Sequence record: KP869102
Length of the DNA: 64,000 bases
Origin: Escherichia coli O157 typing phage 4
Reading direction: 5' to 3' (one strand)
A program made the position numbers and the translations under genes. The notes under the pieces were generated by a model that was given only the letters and a program-made list of their open reading frames with translations, was not told the origin of the DNA and made no database searches. Shown one piece after another: positions 19,235-26,448 of this stretch (position 1 is the first letter of the stretch; each line of letters starts with the position of its first letter).

Positions 19235-19850
19235 AGTTGCCTTATTGTTACAGATAAAATAATTGTATTGTTAATTATTTCTTATCTTTCTATTAGTCAT
19301 CTAATGATTCCAGTCAATATAGTAATGTACAGTAAACATTAGACGACTAAAGATTTATCTGCTTATAATAACTTACCGTGACAATTTCGGACTGTTTACG
19401 AAAAATGTTGGCACCTAAGCTGATTTATGTTATGCAGTTTACACGAATAATTATTTTATGCAGGTATTGACTATTCCATTATTCTATGGTTGGAATAAAT
19501 ACTTAGCAGACTATAGAATGGTGAGCGTACGTAAATTCTGAGATCTGGCGGCTATAGTTATACTCGATTTTTCACGTAGAGCACGCTTTTGTGGTTATGT
19601 AAGTGTATGACTTATAAAGATTTTTAGTTGTTGACAAGACACTGAAGATATGCATCAGGTTAAATTTTGTGCAATAGCTGCATTACGTGCAATTTTGGAA
19701 GGAAAAACGGGTAAAAATAGCCCTGCTACCACACAATGAAAAGTTATGCAATAGTTATTTTACATGTATATTTGTACAGTGTGTGGGGTTGATGGCTCGT
19801 CAATTATTCCACTTGCCAGGTAGGGCCGTTTATGGTAGGGGGAAGATCAG

Positions 19851-19876
19851 ACAAAAAGAAAGGGGCCTAAGCCCCT
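19851..19876 (-). terminator. intrinsic terminator
   Basis: Hairpin AGGGGC-CTAA-GCCCCT preceded on plus strand by an A-run (U-run on minus transcript), just downstream of the 19896 gene end. Confidence 0.55.
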
Positions 19877-19895
19877 TGATAATTCAGTTAAAAAA

Positions 19896-20315
19896 TTATA
19901 ATGATTCGTATATTTCAAAAATCCGATTTGCCAGGTCGTTACGGTACCGGAATTTTTCATCACGTTTGATCATAAGATCTTTATAGCCGTACTCTTTAAG
20001 CACTTCATTAACTTTATGGCGGCACACCTTCATATTATCCTGAGCGTCACCAATAAACCTGTTGCTATGGTGCATGGCTTTAATTTCTTCTTCCAGGACC
20101 AGGGCAACTATGCGGACCGGATCAAGCTGATAGGCGGTAACATCAATGCGGCATTGTAAACGGCTTTTTACGTCTGCCACCGGATATACTGCAACCTCTT
20201 CCCCGTCAACATTGACAATAATTAGTTTACCATCGATTTCGAATCCTTTCGCCGCCGGACCGTGACAAAAAGCGTTATCAAAGCTATATGCCGGATTATT
20301 AGATTTAATGTTCAT
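19896..20315 (-). CDS. hypothetical protein
   Basis: ORF track 139 aa; RBS GAGGTAAAAACACC before ATG. Confidence 0.5.
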   Translation of the reverse strand: MNIKSNNPAYSFDNAFCHGPAAKGFEIDGKLIIVNVDGEEVAVYPVADVKSRLQCRIDVTAYQLDPVRIVALVLEEEIKAMHHSNRFIGDAQDNMKVCRHKVNEVLKEYGYKDLMIKRDEKFRYRNDLANRIFEIYESL

Positions 20316-20354
20316 GGTGTTTTTACCTCTTAGTTAATTTTCTTACAACTTCCC

Positions 20355-20383
20355 TTTAAAAAAGAATATAGCAAAACTGCCGA
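20355..20383 (-). promoter_or_regulatory. sigma70-type promoter (TTGACA-17-TATATT on minus strand)
   Basis: Reverse complement gives TTGACA, 17-nt spacer, TATATT upstream of the 20315 start. Confidence 0.45.
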
Positions 20384-20460
20384 TCCTTGTCAATAAGGAT
20401 AGCATAATTTTTATGTGATCAAGGGGCTTTATTGCCCCCCTGACCATGTAACTTGTTGTA

Positions 20461-20724
20461 TTATTTGTTATTCATCCAGTTTTCCCAAGCTGCCTGATAA
20501 TCTGCTTCACTGCGGCGGATCTCTTCTTGCTCTTCAAGTCGGATCTCTTCTTCCAGGTACCCCAGGATATCGGCTTTTTTGGTCTGGCGTAACATCCAAT
20601 CATCTTTTTTACGGGTAAAGATCTTATATGCTTTCTCGCAAACCTCTTTTTTGCTACCTTTTTGGACTTCAAGAACTTTGTAGGCCATGTACTGAACTAG
20701 TTTGAGCTGATCAAGACGTTTCAT
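20461..20724 (-). CDS. hypothetical protein
   Basis: ORF track 87 aa; RBS AGAGGT; preferred over the overlapping 20472-20672 frame. Confidence 0.5.
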   Translation of the reverse strand: MKRLDQLKLVQYMAYKVLEVQKGSKKEVCEKAYKIFTRKKDDWMLRQTKKADILGYLEEEIRLEEQEEIRRSEADYQAAWENWMNNK

Positions 20725-20784
20725 GATGTTTACCTCTTTATGCGGTTCTGATTAGTGGGCCTTTTGGCCCGTGTCATTATCTTA

Positions 20785-21057
20785 TTACTTATGGCGGCAG
20801 AATTCAAGCGTTTTTAATTGATAATCTTCCTCAGCCTGGAGTACGACCGCCTCGATCATTTCGTTGGCATTGTTAAAGCCATAACCTTTAGCGAAATCAT
20901 CCGCGCCACCTTCGTGATCATGTTCTGCGTTCATCGCTTCCACAAAATGGAATTCCAAATTGTTGAGGTAGGGGCTTGATGTTCCGTCCTCTTTTTCGAT
21001 GAGATCCCAAATAGCATTAAAACGTGATTCTACTTCTTGATTAATCCAGCTTGACAC
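20785..21057 (-). CDS. hypothetical protein
   Basis: ORF track 90 aa. Confidence 0.5.
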   Translation of the reverse strand: MSSWINQEVESRFNAIWDLIEKEDGTSSPYLNNLEFHFVEAMNAEHDHEGGADDFAKGYGFNNANEMIEAVVLQAEEDYQLKTLEFCRHK

Positions 21058-21268
21058 AGTGTTTTCCTCTCTTCTGGTTGTTGTGTGGGCACTTTTGCCC
21101 CTTCAAGATAAATGTTACCCCACCCCATGGCAGATGTCAACGGTTTTTATAGTTCTTATATGACAGGCAGGCCCGGTGATTGTCTCCCCCCGTCGCCAGG
21201 TGCCTGCCGTGAAACAAGTATAACAAAAAACAGGACCATTGCAAGCCCTGTTTTGTAGTTTATAAATA

Positions 21269-21460
21269 TTATATTTTTTCGCCTATGTAGTCCGGTCGGT
21301 TTTTCTCTGTCATGCGCTTTAGCAATTCTTGCATGTTGCTTATGGCTTGTAGTGTATCCCCTTCCAGGCTTGAATCGACATAATCAGGATCGTCTATGAC
21401 CTTTCTATGATTATGATAACGCAGTACCGCCAATACCTTTCTGACTTGTTCGATATTCAT
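21269..21460 (-). CDS. hypothetical protein
   Basis: ORF track 63 aa. Confidence 0.45.
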   Translation of the reverse strand: MNIEQVRKVLAVLRYHNHRKVIDDPDYVDSSLEGDTLQAISNMQELLKRMTEKNRPDYIGEKI

Positions 21461-21472
21461 TTTTACCGCTCT

Positions 21473-21607
21473 TTAAAACAAGGTGCCAACCGTTTCCAAT
21501 AGATCACTGACTGCCAGGACAATACCGATCAGCACATATCTAACCATAAGGGGAAAGAGCGCCAATATTGCCACCACAATCCCCAAGGTGATAATTATCT
21601 TTCTCAT
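21473..21607 (-). CDS. hypothetical 44-aa membrane peptide
   Basis: Manual ORF MRKIIITLGIVVAILALFPLMVRYVLIGIVLAVSDLLETVGTLF; below the track length cutoff; abuts the upstream gene. Confidence 0.35.
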   Translation of the reverse strand: MRKIIITLGIVVAILALFPLMVRYVLIGIVLAVSDLLETVGTLF

Positions 21608-21609
21608 GG

Positions 21610-21903
21610 TTAACGGTTCACGTAAGTTTTCCCGTTCACGGTTATGGGCAGATCCTCCAGGTCTGGATCTTCCTTAAGGTCGCGAGCAAGCTCACCGCAC
21701 CGGATACCCTCGAATCCGTAGTACTCTGTTGTGCCGTCCTTAAAAGTTTTAGCGGCAAGGCATAAGCGATAAGTAACCCCGATTTGATTGACGGCATGAA
21801 TATCCGTTAGATTAACCTCTTTTGCCAGCTCTTTAGCCATTACAGGCGCATTAAGTCCAACAACCAGGGCAACCACTGCGATCATCTTTTTCATTGTGTC
21901 CAT
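21610..21903 (-). CDS. hypothetical secreted protein (N-terminal signal peptide)
   Basis: 97 aa; N-terminus MKKMIAVVALVVGLNAPVMA. Confidence 0.55.
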   Translation of the reverse strand: MDTMKKMIAVVALVVGLNAPVMAKELAKEVNLTDIHAVNQIGVTYRLCLAAKTFKDGTTEYYGFEGIRCGELARDLKEDPDLEDLPITVNGKTYVNR

Positions 21904-21985
21904 CCTCTTTCTGCTACGTTTAAGGCGGCGGTAACCGCCTGTTTATGCTTTGTTGGTTAATTTTCGGGTATAGGTATAAATTAAA

Positions 21986-22201
21986 CTATGCTGTACGCTC
22001 AACTATAACAACGGCTTGAGGGATCTCACCTTCAACCACTATCAAGGCTTTTTTCTGCGTGATAGATATCTTTACCCGCTTCAGCGTGGCGGTAAAATCT
22101 TTCATTTCGTCACGTGGTGTTTTAGTGCAATACCAGATCTCAGGCTTGCCGATCTGTAAGTTGCGTAAAAATTCTGTTTTGCCTGTTTTGTTAGTGATCA
22201 T
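21986..22201 (-). CDS. hypothetical protein
   Basis: ORF track 71 aa. Confidence 0.45.
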   Translation of the reverse strand: MITNKTGKTEFLRNLQIGKPEIWYCTKTPRDEMKDFTATLKRVKISITQKKALIVVEGEIPQAVVIVERTA

Positions 22202-22210
22202 TTGGCAACC

Positions 22211-22315
22211 TCACCCGATACCGTTGGAAGACAAGATCGCATTAGCCATGGTTGCAATCAGGCCAATACCCAGGGCAATAACCAAGATCACTGCATCGAT
22301 TAATTTCTGTTTCAT
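22211..22315 (-). CDS. hypothetical 34-aa membrane peptide
   Basis: Manual ORF MKQKLIDAVILVIALGIGLIATMANAILSSNGIG; weak RBS. Confidence 0.35.
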   Translation of the reverse strand: MKQKLIDAVILVIALGIGLIATMANAILSSNGIG

Positions 22316-22392
22316 GGTGTTTATTCTCTTCTGTTAGTAACCTTATTCATGGGGCCGCTACCACAGCCCCAAGGTAAGGCAGCTATGTGCTT

Positions 22393-22638
22393 TTAGTGTT
22401 TCATTCCAACCATCGCGGCACGGATCGCCGTAGTGCTGTACTTGAAGCCGTCCGGGGTCTTATCTTGTCCGGTTAGCTCCAGAAAAAGCATCATATCCCG
22501 CGCCGCATCATTACGATTAGCATTGGCGTTAATAAAGCCTTGGGCCAACCGGTACAATGACTCATCGTTATTAATCCAAAGGCTTACATTCCAATGAGTT
22601 TTGTTTTTGTAACCGTTATAACCTTTATTGCTTTTCAT
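22393..22638 (-). CDS. hypothetical protein
   Basis: ORF track 81 aa. Confidence 0.5.
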   Translation of the reverse strand: MKSNKGYNGYKNKTHWNVSLWINNDESLYRLAQGFINANANRNDAARDMMLFLELTGQDKTPDGFKYSTTAIRAAMVGMKH

Positions 22639-22729
22639 GGTGTTTACCTCTTCTTTGTTCCAGGTGGCGGATCATTCTACCACCTTATGTATTATGCTTT
22701 GTTAGATGGTTGTTTGTTGTCAAACTATT

Positions 22730-22909
22730 TTACCGATAATCATCATATGCTTTATTTACCTGGCGAATATAACATTCAAAAGCCAAATCAATAGATTTAT
22801 ATTCACGGATATACTCACCATAGGAAACCACATACATTTCTATAGCTTCCTCATATGCGAGGAGAATAGAATCTAAGCCTACGATCTCAGTCTTTGCAAT
22901 AATAGCCAT
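22730..22909 (-). CDS. hypothetical 59-aa protein
   Basis: Manual ORF MAIIAKTEIVGLDSILLAYEEAIEMYVV... with RBS AAGAGGA upstream. Confidence 0.45.
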   Translation of the reverse strand: MAIIAKTEIVGLDSILLAYEEAIEMYVVSYGEYIREYKSIDLAFECYIRQVNKAYDDYR

Positions 22910-22985
22910 GATTTTTTATCCTCTTTGTGGTTGGTGGGGTTCGTTGCCCCCTTTGATTTATATATTACAGTCTTATATGGTCATG

Positions 22986-23219
22986 TCAACTATTTTCAAA
23001 AAATTTTTCTGCTGTGATATTCTTCCCGGTAGGGTTCGCTACTTTCAAAATTTTATCATGCACTGGACGCCCAAAAGAATAAGCGCCGTACACAGTAAAC
23101 CAATAATCGCCGTCAGGTTGTACTATTACTGCCGCATATGGTACGCCTTTTTCGTTTTTGCTGACAAAATAGATCACGTTGCCATTAATAGCCTCGGCGC
23201 GTTTAATTTGTTCCATCAT
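22986..23219 (-). CDS. hypothetical protein
   Basis: ORF track 77 aa. Confidence 0.5.
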   Translation of the reverse strand: MMEQIKRAEAINGNVIYFVSKNEKGVPYAAVIVQPDGDYWFTVYGAYSFGRPVHDKILKVANPTGKNITAEKFFENS

Positions 23220-23275
23220 GATGATTTGCCTCTCTTTATTTTCATAATTGGGGGGCCTTTTCGGCCCCGCCAGGT

Positions 23276-23626
23276 TTATTTATTGATAGCGTGCAGCGGG
23301 AAAGGTACGCCAGGTTGATAGATAACCTTTACAACCTCATCAGGACAAAAGAAGTTGCAGAACTCACCGCAATAGGCCTCATCCTCTTTCAACTCTTCAT
23401 CAACATACTCAAAAAAGTAGTCGATGCTTGGATAATCTTGACCAGGGTTATAATCAACCATAGTGAGGACCAGTTCAAGATCATTGCGGATGATATGCAT
23501 ACCAGCTTTTAAATACTTCGCTTCCATTTTTACTACATCGCCAGCGGTAACAATAGCCATGGTTTTAACTCCTGTTTCTGTTAATGATTGGAGGCATAAC
23601 CCCCCTCGACAACTCTTATTATCCAT
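23276..23626 (-). CDS. hypothetical protein
   Basis: ORF track 116 aa. Confidence 0.5.
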   Translation of the reverse strand: MDNKSCRGGLCLQSLTETGVKTMAIVTAGDVVKMEAKYLKAGMHIIRNDLELVLTMVDYNPGQDYPSIDYFFEYVDEELKEDEAYCGEFCNFFCPDEVVKVIYQPGVPFPLHAINK

Positions 23627-23785
23627 ATTGTAGGGCTTGATGCAAGTACTTCTTTAAAAAATTTTTAAGTGCCTTGGAGGCCGCTGTAACGCCAAAATAA
23701 TAAAGGCCATGCAACCGCATAGCCTTTATGTGATTATATCGCTGCAGGCCCTGCTAGGGGCCTTATTTTGCATCATTTGCCGGAA

Positions 23786-24094
23786 CTATACAGAGAAAAC
23801 ATCGTTCACAATAGCGATCACAATGCCGCCCACCTTGTCACGGTCAACAATGCACAAATCACCATAGATCATGTGGTAGTCTGGATGATCTTTCACGGAA
23901 TAGTCAATGAGCGTTTTCTTGTCGTCCAGCTTTGTAACTTCCATTCTCATAACGATATGAGAATCATCAAAGGCATTATTCCGAAAAGTCATAGCCTGAC
24001 CACCAGGGCACCCAGTGATCTCCACTTCCACACCGTCTACGATCTGACCATCAAAGAAATAAAGATTATTAGCCAGGATAAACATGTTTATCAC
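23786..24094 (-). CDS. hypothetical protein
   Basis: ORF track 102 aa. Confidence 0.5.
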   Translation of the reverse strand: MINMFILANNLYFFDGQIVDGVEVEITGCPGGQAMTFRNNAFDDSHIVMRMEVTKLDDKKTLIDYSVKDHPDYHMIYGDLCIVDRDKVGGIVIAIVNDVFSV

Positions 24095-24177
24095 TCCTTG
24101 TTAACTGCGTGTTATTTTACCACGATTAAAATTTACTTTACTGATGGCCCTGGCGTCAAGGCCATCTAAAAATAAAT

Positions 24178-24378
24178 TTACAGGCCTACAATCTCTTTGA
24201 TTCGTTTAACTGCTGCCTCAGCGCCTTGGGGGTAGAAATTATGGTAACCGATCACGCGAGTGATACTAATCGCAGTTTGATGATCTTCATAATAGCCCTT
24301 GAAGATTTCTTGACCGTCAATCAGCACGGCAATTTTTTCTTCTTTTTTGAAGTTAATAACGCGGATATTGTTGCTCAT
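24178..24378 (-). CDS. hypothetical protein
   Basis: ORF track 66 aa. Confidence 0.45.
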   Translation of the reverse strand: MSNNIRVINFKKEEKIAVLIDGQEIFKGYYEDHQTAISITRVIGYHNFYPQGAEAAVKRIKEIVGL

Positions 24379-24493
24379 TTTGTTTCTCCTTTCTGGTTTT
24401 TGTGTTGGTGGGGATTAGCTCCCCGTTGATTATTATTATCCATATTTCGGACCGGATTGCAACACCCCGGAAGAAAAATTTTTTGAAAAAGTT

Positions 24494-24517
24494 AGGCCCC
24501 CAGGGATCGGGGGCCGT
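24494..24517 (-). terminator. intrinsic terminator
   Basis: Hairpin GGCCCCC-AGGGATC-GGGGGCC preceded on plus strand by an A-rich run. Confidence 0.5.
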
Positions 24518-24519
24518 TA

Positions 24520-24639
24520 TCAGTTACTTACAGCGATAAAATACATCCCTACGCCTAACAATATTTCAAGGGCGATGATCTCAAGCCATACCATAACCCG
24601 GCGCACCTTATCGGTGCGGGGCTTATCCTTGGTTGTCAT
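24520..24639 (-). CDS. hypothetical 39-aa membrane peptide
   Basis: Manual ORF MTTKDKPRTDKVRRVMVWLEIIALEILLGVGMYFIAVSN; strong RBS AGGGGGAGA. Confidence 0.45.
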   Translation of the reverse strand: MTTKDKPRTDKVRRVMVWLEIIALEILLGVGMYFIAVSN

Positions 24640-24881
24640 CGTCTCCCCCTTTCATCCTGGTAGTAGTGACGTGGTTTACAATGGCCCCCAGGAGTACCAT
24701 CACCACGCACATCACAAGAAAAATTATCTCTGTCGTTGTTCGATCCATTGTTATAAAATTCCTTAAGATCAGGCCTGAAAATAAAGCGTTCGTTATTGAA
24801 TCCATCACGCCAGGCGGCTGGCTTCAAATCTTCATCAAAGGGATTAATTAACGTGGTATTATTTAAACGGCTGGCCCACAT
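24636..24881 (-). CDS. hypothetical low-complexity protein
   Basis: ATG at 24881 with GAGAGGAA RBS; preferred over the RBS-less overlapping frame 24623-24808. Confidence 0.4.
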   Translation of the reverse strand: MWASRLNNTTLINPFDEDLKPAAWRDGFNNERFIFRPDLKEFYNNGSNNDRDNFSCDVRGDGTPGGHCKPRHYYQDERGRR

Positions 24882-25263
24882 ATTTTCTATTCCTCTCAAA
24901 TAGGCGATCCGCCTCAGTTAAACAAATCTCATGGGCGTGATCTCTGGTTTTAGCTTCATCGAAAACCTGTTGTGCAAGGCTGCAGCGTAGGGAGACTGGA
25001 AGATCACTATAATAGGCGTTGACAAATGTTTGCGCGTCATACAGGTCGGAAAATACTTTACCCTTTCTATTATCGCCTTTGTCAACAATTGCAAGGATAA
25101 CAAGTACAATAGTTGCAACCACCCCCAGGAAAATAGATATAATAAACCATAAAAAGGCGGATCTACCCATCTTGCCAGCGATCCAGGCGTTAAACAAGGC
25201 AACTAATACGGCCAAAATAATAAATTCCATTCTATGTACCTCTTTTGCAGTTCTGTTTAACAA
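24859..25263 (-). CDS. hypothetical membrane protein
   Basis: 134 aa; two hydrophobic helices (FIILAVLVALFNAWIAG and FLWFIISIFLGVVATIVLVILAIV). Confidence 0.5.
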   Translation of the reverse strand: MLNRTAKEVHRMEFIILAVLVALFNAWIAGKMGRSAFLWFIISIFLGVVATIVLVILAIVDKGDNRKGKVFSDLYDAQTFVNAYYSDLPVSLRCSLAQQVFDEAKTRDHAHEICLTEADRLFERNRKYVGQPFK

Positions 25264-25294
25264 TAAGGCGGCAAATATGCCGCCTGTTACCTGA

Positions 25295-25675
25295 TTAAAA
25301 ATTATCGCCGTAAATCTTTCCGCTTTCTGCCCACACCACCACGCGGGGCATACTATCCCACACGTCTTGTTTTAGATTGAGCGCGTGCAATTCTTCGGTG
25401 GTGCCCATACCAGGCACGGGCTGATTGTATACTGCAAAACGACCACCTGCATAATCATAGGCCAGGGTTAAATCACACTGAATCATCTTTTTGATCATGG
25501 CGTTGAGCATAGCGTTAGCCGCATACTGGTCACGTTTTAAAGGCAACTCTTTGATTAGTTTGCGATAGTTTTCAATGTGATCGCACACTGTTTCACGTGG
25601 AAGATCTTTCATATCCTCGCGAAAGGTAACCAGGTTAAACATAACGGTGTCAATAGCTTTAGTAGTGTTTTTCAT
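25295..25675 (-). CDS. hypothetical protein
   Basis: ORF track 126 aa. Confidence 0.5.
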   Translation of the reverse strand: MKNTTKAIDTVMFNLVTFREDMKDLPRETVCDHIENYRKLIKELPLKRDQYAANAMLNAMIKKMIQCDLTLAYDYAGGRFAVYNQPVPGMGTTEELHALNLKQDVWDSMPRVVVWAESGKIYGDNF

Positions 25676-25766
25676 AATGTTTTCCTCTTTGTTTTGTGTG
25701 GGGCAAACGTCTTGCCCCCCCTTGAGTTTTAATATAGCAAGTTTTTAGATTATTGCAACACTTTAT

Positions 25767-26295
25767 TTATGAAAAACTCATCTCTCCATATTCATCCACA
25801 TCAAACCGCCAATCATTGGCCTCAATAAGGCCGATCAGGTTTTCGGTAGTGAACTGTTCTAGATAGGCCTCCTCCAGGTCTACGTAAACCTTGCGGGATA
25901 GCTCCCGTACCGTCTCGGTGATCAGCTCTTCCAGGTCTTCCACTTTGTTTTCTTGTTTGGCGGTCAGATCTAGCCAGGTGGTATCAATGTATCCGCTTAC
26001 AGTGTTTTCATGGCTGTAATGGCTGTACTTGTCGCGTTCAATACTGGCTGATAACTCGCCATCGTGCATTGTGCCAAACAAGTGACGAATTGATCGGAAC
26101 TTGGTCAGGGCCTTTACTTTACGCAAGAATTTTTCTAAATCCACGTTTTCAGCACTGATTGACGCGCCGTCACCCTGGCACCAAAAGCCGGACCAATGTA
26201 CATCGGTATCTTCAAGGCCGTACTCTGGAAAAACTTGCTCTTTATAATATTCAATTACACTTTCTGCGAAAAAATCCTCTCCGCTGTGTTCTTCT
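25767..26295 (-). CDS. hypothetical protein, N-terminus cut off by the assembly gap
   Basis: Track reports 125 aa from an internal GTG, but the frame stays open upstream to the N-run at 26296. Confidence 0.5.
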
Positions 26296-26305
26296 NNNNN
26301 NNNNN
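26296..26305. other. assembly gap (N10)
   Basis: Run of 10 N. Confidence 0.95.
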
Positions 26306-26448
26306 CTTCTTCTCAAGTTCTGCACGGCGGTCTCGTGCTTCTTTACGGGTTTTGAAATGTTCGTAGATGAAAATCATCTTGGTCTCCTTATTTGATGTTA
26401 TTCTTTGTATCGATCAGTTCACGGTATTCAATCATAGCAGGAGTGTCC
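26306..26448. repeat. exact 143-bp copy of 15977-16119 (contig-end overlap)
   Basis: Identical sequence by eye; contains the start of the 14842-16047 gene and the stop of the rIIA-like gene. Confidence 0.85.

Noticed and set aside
17303-19860. tRNA genes in the non-coding region
   Set aside because: I saw no GTTCRANYC T-loop or cloverleaf-compatible segments by eye; tRNAscan-SE would be needed to be sure.
20472-20672. 66-aa Lys/Arg-rich alternative frame
   Set aside because: It overlaps the RBS-supported 87-aa ORF at 20461-20724 on the same strand in another frame.
24623-24808. 61-aa membrane ORF overlapping 24636-24881
   Set aside because: It has a GTG start and no RBS, whereas the overlapping frame has a strong GAGAGGAA RBS; kept only as a low-probability alternative.
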